Virus record (IMG/VR): IMGVR_UViG_3300032893_000011
Span: 32,001 to 96,000 of that record
Strand: one strand, 5' to 3'
DNA: 64,000 nt
Origin: a virus
This document shows, in pieces, positions 56,084 through 64,000 of this stretch; the stretch's first letter is position 1; every line of letters starts with the position of its first letter. The position numbers and the translations under genes were made by a program. The notes under the pieces are model-generated. The model was not told where the DNA came from, ran no database searches, and saw only the letters and a list, made by a program, of their open reading frames with translations.

Positions 56084-56112
56084 CCGTTAACCGTTAACGT
56101 ATAATTCGGGTC
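56084..56112 (+). promoter_or_regulatory. Leaderless promoter with tandem CCGTTAA repeats
   Basis: CCGTTAA-CCGTTAA-CG, TATAAT 56100-56105, ATG 7 nt later. Confidence 0.7.
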
Positions 56113-56364
56113 ATGCCGCGAGGGGACCCCCACGTAACCATCGGGCTGCGGCTGCACCCCGACATCATCACCGAACTCGACAAGTGGGCCGAGGGCCGCA
56201 ACCTGTCGCGCTCCGACGCGTTGAAGGCGCTGCTGCGCTACGCGTGGGCCCGCCGCGACGCGGTCGCCCTCGCCCAGGGCCTCGGGCTGGAGACCATGCC
56301 AGCCGAACGATCCACACAACGACGCGGCTCCTACCAGAAAACAGACAAACCGAAAGGCGGATAG
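56113..56364 (+). CDS. Ribbon-helix-helix (CopG-like) protein
   Basis: TIGLRL...I..ELDKWA...NLSRSDALKALL. Confidence 0.75.
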   Translation: MPRGDPHVTIGLRLHPDIITELDKWAEGRNLSRSDALKALLRYAWARRDAVALAQGLGLETMPAERSTQRRGSYQKTDKPKGG

Positions 56365-57464
56365 TGGACGGGCAACGACAGGCTGAGCTTCGCGAGATAC
56401 CCATCGACGAGCTTTACCCGCACCCCGACAATCCCCGGCTGATGCTGCGCGAGGACGTCGTGGAGCAGATCGCCGAGCAGCTGCGCGAGCAAGGCGCGTT
56501 CGGTCGCGAGCACGCCCCGATAGTGCGGGAGTTCAACGGCGGCTACCAGATCGCTTCGGGGCACACCCGGCGGGTGGCCGCCGAGCGCGCCGGCGTCCGG
56601 GCCATCCCCTGCTGGGTGAAGGACATGGACGACGACGAGGCATTCATGATGCTTGTCCTGTCGAACGCGCAGGGCGAACTGTCTCCGCTGGAGATCGGCG
56701 TCCACGCGCTGCGCGCTGTGCCGCTCGGCAAGCGAGGGCGAGGCAATATCGGTGACGGATTGAAGTCATATGCCAAGCGCATCGGCCGGTCGGAACAACA
56801 GGTCGGTCATTTACGGTCGGCTGCCGAGGTGCTTAAAAATTGTATGGTTGACCATACAATTTCTGACTTTCTCACCCGTTCCGAGCACCTTTACGAAGTC
56901 TCGCGAGCTCCGCGCGAGTTGTGGCCCCAACTAGTTGATCGGCTACTCAAGCAGAAATGGACTGTTGCCGACATAGCCGCCGAGGTCAACAGGATCAACA
57001 ATGCCGAGAAGTTGCGGCAGGCCGAGGAGGCACGCCTGGCCGGCGAGGAAACCGAGGCCCAGAAGTTCATCGAGGAGCACGCCCCGGACCTCGCTGCGGC
57101 TGTTGGTGGTGACATCAAAACCTACGTCGAGGCGCTGGCGGTGTGGGAGAAACGTAACCGCGAAGAGGCCAAGCGAATCCAGGACGAGAAGGACGAGCGC
57201 GACCGCGCCATACGACACGCATTCCTAGCGGTCGCCAGGCTGGAAACCTCTTTCATGTCCGACGTCGCGTCAATACTTGAGGGTTATCACTACGGCGCCA
57301 AAGTGGACTTGGCCAAAATTCATGCGCTGCTGATGCGCGGCGCCGACGCTATCAAGGAGGTTGGACGTGTCGGAGAAAGAACCGAAACCGCGGACGAAGA
57401 AGGCCAGGTCGAGTACGCAGGCGGAGCTTCTGGCTCAGTGCATGGCGAGGCTGCCTCTCGATGA
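56364..57464 (+). CDS. ParB/Srx N-terminal domain protein
   Basis: LYPHPDNPR, PIVR, YQIASGHTR..AA, IPCWV, N...LSPLE, then an HTH. Confidence 0.8.
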   Translation: MDGQRQAELREIPIDELYPHPDNPRLMLREDVVEQIAEQLREQGAFGREHAPIVREFNGGYQIASGHTRRVAAERAGVRAIPCWVKDMDDDEAFMMLVLSNAQGELSPLEIGVHALRAVPLGKRGRGNIGDGLKSYAKRIGRSEQQVGHLRSAAEVLKNCMVDHTISDFLTRSEHLYEVSRAPRELWPQLVDRLLKQKWTVADIAAEVNRINNAEKLRQAEEARLAGEETEAQKFIEEHAPDLAAAVGGDIKTYVEALAVWEKRNREEAKRIQDEKDERDRAIRHAFLAVARLETSFMSDVASILEGYHYGAKVDLAKIHALLMRGADAIKEVGRVGERTETADEEGQVEYAGGASGSVHGEAASR

Positions 57465-57927
57465 GGACGGCGCGGTAAATCAGAAACAGCTTATCGACGA
57501 GGTTGCCAAATGCATCGACTTCGATGAGGACGCAGCGCGCCACGAGAGGGCGCGCAACATTGTTGAGAGCGCGCAGAGGCCGGGCAGGACGGAGCCCGAG
57601 GGGCAACTGAAGTTCGAGGGCATGGACGCCTACGACTACGAGCCGAACCGGCTCGTGCTGGGTTCAGATCAAAGCATCGTGGAAAACCGCAAGGCGAAGC
57701 CGACACATAAAGCCGCCGAGGCGCGCCGCACCCAAGACAACGCCGTGCGGGCTCAGCTGCAGGCCAACCGGCGCCAGCAGGAAGCCAGCCTCTACAGCGA
57801 ATGGTTCGTGGAACAAATCCTCGCGGGCCGCCCGAAGAAGGAGCTGACGTTCGGCGTGTTCGTCAAGGAAACGAAGACCCACCAGCCGCCGCAAGAGCCC
57901 GAGCCCGAAGTCGGTCCAATTTCTTGA
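57367..57927 (+). CDS. Hypothetical protein coupled to the ParB-like gene
   Basis: AAGGAGG 6 nt upstream of GTG. Confidence 0.65.
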   Translation: MSEKEPKPRTKKARSSTQAELLAQCMARLPLDEDGAVNQKQLIDEVAKCIDFDEDAARHERARNIVESAQRPGRTEPEGQLKFEGMDAYDYEPNRLVLGSDQSIVENRKAKPTHKAAEARRTQDNAVRAQLQANRRQQEASLYSEWFVEQILAGRPKKELTFGVFVKETKTHQPPQEPEPEVGPIS

Positions 57928-57976
57928 TTCCAATAAATCTCAGCGTTGAGGCTAAGTGAGAGGCTGAACCCCAAAC

Positions 57977-58351
57977 ATGGCGAAAATGCCCGACCCGGTC
58001 TCGGTCTCGGTGCACATCCATTTCGACGACGACACTGTTGCGACGCTGCGCAGGCTGATCCGCGAGGAGATCTGCAACCACGCCCGCGACAACCTGACCA
58101 ACGCGGTGGACGCCCGGGACCGCTGCGAACCGCTCGACCTGGCCCCGAGCAAGGCGCTGGTCTGCCGCCACGGGGTGCGCCGGGCCGGGCCGCCGACGAA
58201 GCTCGCATTCGGTAACGCCGTCCACGACTGCGTCTGCTGCTCCGATCCGTACGCGTCGTTCGCGGTCAACGCGGGCCTGTGCCCGTGGTGCCGCGGCCGC
58301 GAAACGGCGAAGCCGGTGGACATCCGCTCCTACGACGAGGCAGAGTCGTGA
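57977..58351 (+). CDS. Hypothetical Cys-rich protein
   Basis: ORF; host-like codons. Confidence 0.55.
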   Translation: MAKMPDPVSVSVHIHFDDDTVATLRRLIREEICNHARDNLTNAVDARDRCEPLDLAPSKALVCRHGVRRAGPPTKLAFGNAVHDCVCCSDPYASFAVNAGLCPWCRGRETAKPVDIRSYDEAES

Positions 58352-58584
58352 CCCTCGTCGACAAAGTGGCGATGCGGCTGCTTCTGGCCCGCCACGAAGT
58401 CCACGGCCTGCAGTTCACGCCGGACGGCACCGGCCGCTCCGCCCATGGTTTCTGGGTGCCGGTGGCGACGTGCGGGTGCGGGCACACCAGCCCGCCGGAG
58501 CGCCGCGCCGACCACCTCGCCGACGTCCTGATCAACAACGTCGACACGTGGCTCGTGCGCGACCCGACACTGGCCCGAGAGTGA
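58348..58584 (+). CDS. Hypothetical protein
   Basis: CGCG..H.A motif; coupled. Confidence 0.5.
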   Translation: MTLVDKVAMRLLLARHEVHGLQFTPDGTGRSAHGFWVPVATCGCGHTSPPERRADHLADVLINNVDTWLVRDPTLARE

Positions 58585-58889
58585 ACTGGGAGTGTGGCGA
58601 CCCCCCGATGGGGGAGCCGTACGACTGGGAAGCCGAAGAGACGGACCGGGAGAAAATTATCGGCGACAAGCCCGGACTGCCCGAGCCGGGCCAGTTCCCG
58701 CCCGACCCGTACCCCGAACCGAACCCGTACATCCACGACGAACCACCCGACCCATATCCCGAGCCAGGCGAACCGCAGGCGCCCGGCCGACCAAAGAACA
58801 CGGCGAAGACGGTCCTGCTGATCGTGGCGGCGGTAGTGTTCGTGGCGGCTGTGGTGGCCGCGCTCATCTACACGGGAGTGGGGACGTGA
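58581..58889 (+). CDS. Pro-rich protein with a C-terminal TM anchor
   Basis: PPDPYPEP repeats; hydrophobic C-terminus. Confidence 0.55.
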   Translation: MNWECGDPPMGEPYDWEAEETDREKIIGDKPGLPEPGQFPPDPYPEPNPYIHDEPPDPYPEPGEPQAPGRPKNTAKTVLLIVAAVVFVAAVVAALIYTGVGT

Positions 58890-59099
58890 CCGATTGGCCG
58901 TACGCCGGGCTTCGTGTGCTGCGGATGAGCATAGCGATGTAACATCGTGCCAGATAATATCGAGTTGATGTGAGATTATCGACCCGTGATTCAACGTTCA
59001 TGGCGTTAGTGACACCGTTACCAGAACAGCTGCGGGGCCGTATCCTCTACCGCAACTCCGGCGCACCCGACACGCGCCGGTAGCCGAACGGGTCGAGCC

Positions 59100-59309
59100 G
59101 TGAAACTGCCCGCAATCCCGCACCGCCCCACATGCCAATATCCCGGCTGCCGGGGACCGGACGGGCCGAACGGCCGCAAGCCACCCGCCGTGGCCACGCT
59201 GCGAAACCTGTCCGGATACAAGCGCAGATACTGCCGATACCACTACGACCTGATGGCGGCGAAGCAGCAAGAAATCATCGCCAAATCCCCTGCCGGGCCC
59301 TGGCTTTAA
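59100..59309 (+). CDS. Small Cys/His zinc-finger-like protein
   Basis: CQYPGC..YCRYHY. Confidence 0.45.
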   Translation: MKLPAIPHRPTCQYPGCRGPDGPNGRKPPAVATLRNLSGYKRRYCRYHYDLMAAKQQEIIAKSPAGPWL

Positions 59310-59316
59310 CCCACCG

Positions 59317-62300
59317 CTAACCCAGCCCTAAACCACGCTCGATCCCGCGCTGCATCTGTTGCTCGTCGTCGGCGAACCGCTCCGCTCGCGCCTGGCGCAG
59401 GCGCGCCCGCTCACCCAGAGCCGCCACCACCGAATCGGGCAGCACCGCCGTGTCGAACCGGGCGGCCTGCACGAGAACCGCGTCGAGGTCGGGGCGTTCG
59501 CGGCGCCGCACCGACGCGGCTGCGGACAGCGTCACCGACCACGGCAAGTCACGCTCCAGCATCCTCAGCAGCCCTCCCGACGGCCCGTCAAGGCCGTCGT
59601 CGAGCAGCACCACCCGCGCCCTGTACCGCTCCGCCCGCTCCGCCACCTCGCGTATCCGCTGCGGCTCCAGCATGTTCGCGCGCTCGACGACCAACACATC
59701 GTCGATGCCCAGCTGCGCGTCCATGTCGGTCACCACGGCCCGCCCCGATGCCCGCATCGCCGCCGTGAAAACGTCCAGAGCCTCCGCCGCGTCACCGGCC
59801 GCGTGCGCCACCGACACCGTGTAGTCGTGGCGGGCCAGCGACACCACCGCCCGCGCCGAGGCAAGCCCCAGGTGCGCAACATCGGACTGTGAAACCTCCA
59901 CGCCGCCGCCGCGGGTCACCCCCGCCGCCAAGTCCAGGACCCGCAACTCGGTGTCGACCTCAGCGGTCCGGCCCGCGATGTAGTCCCCGCAGCGATGGTA
60001 GGACGCGGCGAACGCCGCCACCGTCGCGGCCTCCGCCGCGTCAAGCGCCCGCCGGGCCTCGTCACGACGTCGGGCGCACTCGGCGAGCTCGTCGTCGTCG
60101 CGGGAGGCCACCGCCCTCCGCGCCGCCTCGACGTCCTCGGCGTCCACAATGCCAGCCGGTGCCGCGGCGAAACGCGCCGCGACCGCCTCGTCCAACCGGC
60201 CCGCGAACCGGGCCGCCGGGTCGCCCATCTGCACCAGCGCCACCCAGCTGCGGGCCGACGCAACCTGGTCCTCGTCGCCGGACAGCAGCGCTTGATCCAG
60301 CGCGGTGCGTGCCGCATCCATGTCCTGCCGGTAGGCGACCTCGGCGTCGGCCCACTGCGCCACAACCTCCTGCACAGCCATCCGGTACGGGCGGTCCGCG
60401 TCGGCGCGGGCCCGTAACTCCAGAAGCCGCGAATCCGCCGCCAGCATCGCCGGGCCCCGCCCCTGCGTCACCGCCGCCCGCAGCGACGCCAACCGTTTCT
60501 CGGCGTCGGCCAGCCCGCGACGCAACGCCCGCACATCGGCCACCGCCTCCGGCAACGGCACCGGGGCGGCTGCAGTTTCGGCACTAAAATCTTGCACGGT
60601 TTCGTGCATGTCGTCGGCCAGCATCTCCTCCTCCTCGATGCTCAACGGGGCCTCCGCTGCCAGCATCTCCTCCTCCTCCAGGCTGACCGGCGGCACCGTC
60701 ACCGTCGGCGCCCACTCGTAGCGGTGCGACGTGAACAGGTCGATCGAGACGGCCAGCAGCCGGGCGTACTCGTCGGGCCGAACAGCCCCCCCGTCGCGCA
60801 GCCGCTCGTCGGCCATCGACAACAACTCCCGCGGCCCGCACAGGCGATGGTCGGCGGCGGCGACCGCCGCCACCAGGCCGGGGAACGCAGGGTCGGCGGC
60901 GATAGTCTCGGCCAGGGCCGACCCGAAAACCGCCTCCAGATCGGCCATCCACGGCGGCCGCAGCCGCTGCCCCGACACCTTCAGAACAGCCGGGCCGACC
61001 GCCCCGCACAGGCGCCACAGCAGGGCCGCCGCGGGCATCTCGTCGGGCAGCGGACCAGCCCGGGCCGCGTCGGCGAGGACCGCCCGCACGTCCGTGCCGG
61101 TGCGCGCCACATCCGACAGCTTCGCCGCCAACAAAGGCCAGTAGGCGTCGCGGCGGACCCGGACATCCACATCGTCGACCAGGTCCCGCCACCGCGACAC
61201 CCGCGCGTCCCCCGCCCCGATCAGCCGGTCGATCGCCTCCCGCCACATGCCCTGCAGCTTGGCCGCCCGCGGCTGGGACTGGGCGGGCCCGACGATCCGC
61301 GAATCGGTGTCGGGCACGCCGTGCGCCGCCCGAAACACGGCGATCTCGGCCACCATCCTCGGCGCCGACAGCAGCGGGCGCGCCCACACCGGCGCCGACG
61401 AAACGTCCCACGCGTAGGCCACCGCCCGCACCTGGTCGGCCAGGCCGGTCACCACGAACGCCCGCGCCGCCAGATACTCCGCCAGGTCCTTCGGCGCCGA
61501 GTCGGGGATCGCCGGGAGCCACTGCAGCGGCCCCACCCCGCCCGGCTCACCGGACCGCCACACGGCGTCCATGTAGCGGGTCGCCGCGGGTGCCAAACGC
61601 TTGAACACGTCGGCCGCATCATGGGCGGCCGACGTCGCGGACACCTGCGCGTCGTCGCGCCCCAGGGCCCGCGTCAGCACGTCGATCGCCGTCTCCGGGT
61701 GGGTGGCCTTCGGCGACAGGATTCGGTGCGGGTCGGCCTCGGCGGTCGACAGGTAGACGTGGTTGGCGGCGGTGCCCCGCGACAGACCGGTGGTCACCTG
61801 CTGGCGGGTCAACCGGTCCCCGCCCACCATGTGGCAGGTGCCGGGCCGCTGCCGCGAACCGATCGTGTCGCCCTGCGCGGCGTCGATCGTCGACGCGTAA
61901 CCCAGGGTGGTGTGGGCCTTCACATAGTCGGCGGGCAGGGTCACCGTGTGCCGCGTGCCCACCCGCGCGACCCGCAAAGCCCCGCCCCGCAGGACCTTCG
62001 TCACCTGCCAGCGGTAGCCGTTGCGGACGTAGTCGCGGCCGCCGCGCAGCCGCAGGTGCCGCGCGTTGTCGCGGGTCGCGACCAGGTCGCCGACCGAGGC
62101 GCGCAACCCGTCCGACAACCCGGCCGTCGCCAGTGCGACCGGCCCCCCCGAGGCGGCGAGCCGGTGGGCGCGGGCCCGCTCGTTGAGCGCCGCCACCACG
62201 TCGTGGGTCGGCGCCAGGAGCAGCGAGTCCCAGCCCTTCTCCCTGTCGGCCACCCACGCCGCGAACGCCATGTCCGCGGCGGTCGCGTCGGCCCCGACGT

Positions 62301-64000
62301 GAATGCGGTGATGGTCGGCGTAGAACCCCAGACCGGCCGGGTCGCCGTCCCGCAAAGCCAGGACGGCGGCGGCCTCGGCCTGCGAATCGAACCGCATCAC
62401 CTCGCTCAGGGTGACGGCCCCCACGTCGCGGGCGATGTCGGTGAGCACCCCGCCCGACGCGATCGACGACAGCTGTTTGTTGTCGCCGACCAGGCGCACA
62501 CTGGCCCCTCTGTCGAGCGCGAACCCGACCAGGTCCGCCAGGGCGGCCGTGCCCGAGCGGCCCGCCTCGTCCACGATCAGCACCGTCCTGGGCCCGATCC
62601 GGTCGAACCACTTACGCGCCGGGTCCAGCCGTGTCTTGTCCTTGTTGCGGGTCAGCCACACCAGCTTGTCGACCGTGTCCACCTCGATCTGCACGCCCTG
62701 CCCGGCCATGTCGTTGCGCAGCACCGCCGCCGCCCGCGCCGAGGCCGCCAACCCCACGACATGCCCGCCGTCCTCCCGCCACGCCGACGCCACAGCGGCC
62801 ATCGCCGTCGTCTTGCCCGCCCCCGGGGGAGCCAAAGCCAGCGCGAGACGACGTCCCGAACATGTGAAATCTCGGACCAGGGCCTCCTGCCCGGGGTTGA
62901 GGGTGCGACCGTTGGCGGTCGCCTCCAGCAGGGCCAACCCGACCGCCCCGTCCGACACGCGTCGCCCGCCCGTGAGGCGCGCGGCGCCGAGGATGCGGCG
63001 CTCCGCCGCCAGCACCGCCTCCGACGTGTACAGCTGCGCCCCGTGCACCGAATACACACTCGAACCGTCGCGGCGCCGCAGCGACGCCGGCTCCCCCAGC
63101 TCGGCGTCAAGGTCGACCGCCCACGTGACACAACGGCCCAGGGCACTCTCGGTGATACGCTCCGCCAGCCCCTCAACATGGTGCAGGTCGTGGGCCCTCA
63201 CCTGCCGCTGCGCCTCGGCGAAAACATGCGTCCGCTGCCACACCGCCCGGTTCTGCGACACCGTCTCCACCACCCCGGCGGCCTGGCGCGCAACCCACTT
63301 GTCGTCGATACGCCGTGATCGTTTGCGGCCCCGCGAAAGCGCGTCGCCCAGCATCGCCGCCAACTGCGCAGGCCCGCCCAGCACCTGAACCGCCTGCCCG
63401 CGCCACACGCCGCGCTGCTGCGCAAGCGAGCGCGGCTCGTGCTTGGCCTGGCGGGTCTGCAGCGTCGCCGTCTGGTACAGCGCAAGCGACTCCGCGGCGA
63501 TCGGCTCACGGCCGTGCGCCGCCTGAAACTCGCCCGCCAGCTGCGCGTAGCGGGCCTCGATCAGCTCGCGGCGCGACGAAAGCCGGGCGCACAGACGCTC
63601 CGACACACCCACCACCTCCCGCACCGGACGCTTACCCGCCCCCATCGCCCGCTCGGCGAAAGACAACCCCAACTCGGCGACCAGGTGCGCCTCCAGGCGC
63701 GTGTTGTACACCTCCGAGATCGCCACCTTGGCCTTGAACAGGACCCGACCGTCCAGGGCCAGCCACCGCCCGTCGAGCGCGCGGACCTTGCCCGACGCCG
63801 CGCAGTGCGTGTGCAGGTTGGGGTCCCCGGCGCGGGAGTCGCGGTGCGTGAAGGCCGCGATGATCACCCCGGCCGTGTCGACCTGCGCCACCCCGCCCGC
63901 ACCTGTCCGGGCGAAACAGGCATGGTCCTGCATGTAGTCCAGGGCGTCGGCGACCGCCATGTAGTGGCAGCGCTCGACGGCCTGAGCTATCTGCAGCGGC
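59317..64000 (-). CDS. MobF/TrwC relaxase fused to a RecD-like helicase (5' end outside window)
   Basis: AAFTHRDSRAGDPNLHTH (HUH), LSSRR..I, TRQAK, APPGAGKTT, IVDEAG, LVGD..QL, GYASTI..AQG.T; frame open to the window edge. Confidence 0.92.
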   Translation of the reverse strand, partial: PLQIAQAVERCHYMAVADALDYMQDHACFARTGAGGVAQVDTAGVIIAAFTHRDSRAGDPNLHTHCAASGKVRALDGRWLALDGRVLFKAKVAISEVYNTRLEAHLVAELGLSFAERAMGAGKRPVREVVGVSERLCARLSSRRELIEARYAQLAGEFQAAHGREPIAAESLALYQTATLQTRQAKHEPRSLAQQRGVWRGQAVQVLGGPAQLAAMLGDALSRGRKRSRRIDDKWVARQAAGVVETVSQNRAVWQRTHVFAEAQRQVRAHDLHHVEGLAERITESALGRCVTWAVDLDAELGEPASLRRRDGSSVYSVHGAQLYTSEAVLAAERRILGAARLTGGRRVSDGAVGLALLEATANGRTLNPGQEALVRDFTCSGRRLALALAPPGAGKTTAMAAVASAWREDGGHVVGLAASARAAAVLRNDMAGQGVQIEVDTVDKLVWLTRNKDKTRLDPARKWFDRIGPRTVLIVDEAGRSGTAALADLVGFALDRGASVRLVGDNKQLSSIASGGVLTDIARDVGAVTLSEVMRFDSQAEAAAVLALRDGDPAGLGFYADHHRIHVGADATAADMAFAAWVADREKGWDSLLLAPTHDVVAALNERARAHRLAASGGPVALATAGLSDGLRASVGDLVATRDNARHLRLRGGRDYVRNGYRWQVTKVLRGGALRVARVGTRHTVTLPADYVKAHTTLGYASTIDAAQGDTIGSRQRPGTCHMVGGDRLTRQQVTTGLSRGTAANHVYLSTAEADPHRILSPKATHPETAIDVLTRALGRDDAQVSATSAAHDAADVFKRLAPAATRYMDAVWRSGEPGGVGPLQWLPAIPDSAPKDLAEYLAARAFVVTGLADQVRAVAYAWDVSSAPVWARPLLSAPRMVAEIAVFRAAHGVPDTDSRIVGPAQSQPRAAKLQGMWREAIDRLIGAGDARVSRWRDLVDDVDVRVRRDAYWPLLAAKLSDVARTGTDVRAVLADAARAGPLPDEMPAAALLWRLCGAVGPAVLKVSGQRLRPPWMADLEAVFGSALAETIAADPAFPGLVAAVAAADHRLCGPRELLSMADERLRDGGAVRPDEYARLLAVSIDLFTSHRYEWAPTVTVPPVSLEEEEMLAAEAPLSIEEEEMLADDMHETVQDFSAETAAAPVPLPEAVADVRALRRGLADAEKRLASLRAAVTQGRGPAMLAADSRLLELRARADADRPYRMAVQEVVAQWADAEVAYRQDMDAARTALDQALLSGDEDQVASARSWVALVQMGDPAARFAGRLDEAVAARFAAAPAGIVDAEDVEAARRAVASRDDDELAECARRRDEARRALDAAEAATVAAFAASYHRCGDYIAGRTAEVDTELRVLDLAAGVTRGGGVEVSQSDVAHLGLASARAVVSLARHDYTVSVAHAAGDAAEALDVFTAAMRASGRAVVTDMDAQLGIDDVLVVERANMLEPQRIREVAERAERYRARVVLLDDGLDGPSGGLLRMLERDLPWSVTLSAAASVRRRERPDLDAVLVQAARFDTAVLPDSVVAALGERARLRQARAERFADDEQQMQRGIERGLGLG

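Noticed and set aside
60592-63318. 908-aa plus ORF opposite the relaxase
   Set aside because: Antisense shadow; no domain motifs
1-64000. tRNA, rRNA, integrase, transposase, large terminase
   Set aside because: None recognised by eye; a covariance-model/HMM search would be needed to exclude them

Overview
High-GC actinobacteriophage-like element, probably infecting Mycobacterium or a relative. Its gene set and order resemble the Cluster B mycobacteriophage architecture. Positions ~1-46300 (+) hold a methyltransferase fragment, a WhiB remnant, portal, a MuF/capsid-maturation-protease fusion, two capsid proteins, glycosyltransferases, tail genes, tape measure, minor tail proteins and lysins A/B. 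Positions ~46300-53300 are mostly (-) early/recombination genes (HNH, Xis-like HTH, Rad52-like annealase, RecE-like exonuclease). Positions ~53800-59300 (+) hold an HNH, a probable small terminase, an RHH protein and a ParB-like protein. A MobF/TrwC relaxase-helicase (-) runs off the right edge. The standout observation is in the MuF/protease gene. It carries two inteins whose central sense-frame sequence has no recognisable endonuclease, but each encodes on the OPPOSITE strand an HTH + DUF559/Vsr-like endonuclease that overlaps the intein splicing motifs. These look like dual-coding inteins with antisense homing endonuclease genes. A third, conventional LAGLIDADG intein sits in the portal. 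All assignments come from reading motifs by eye; no database search was run.
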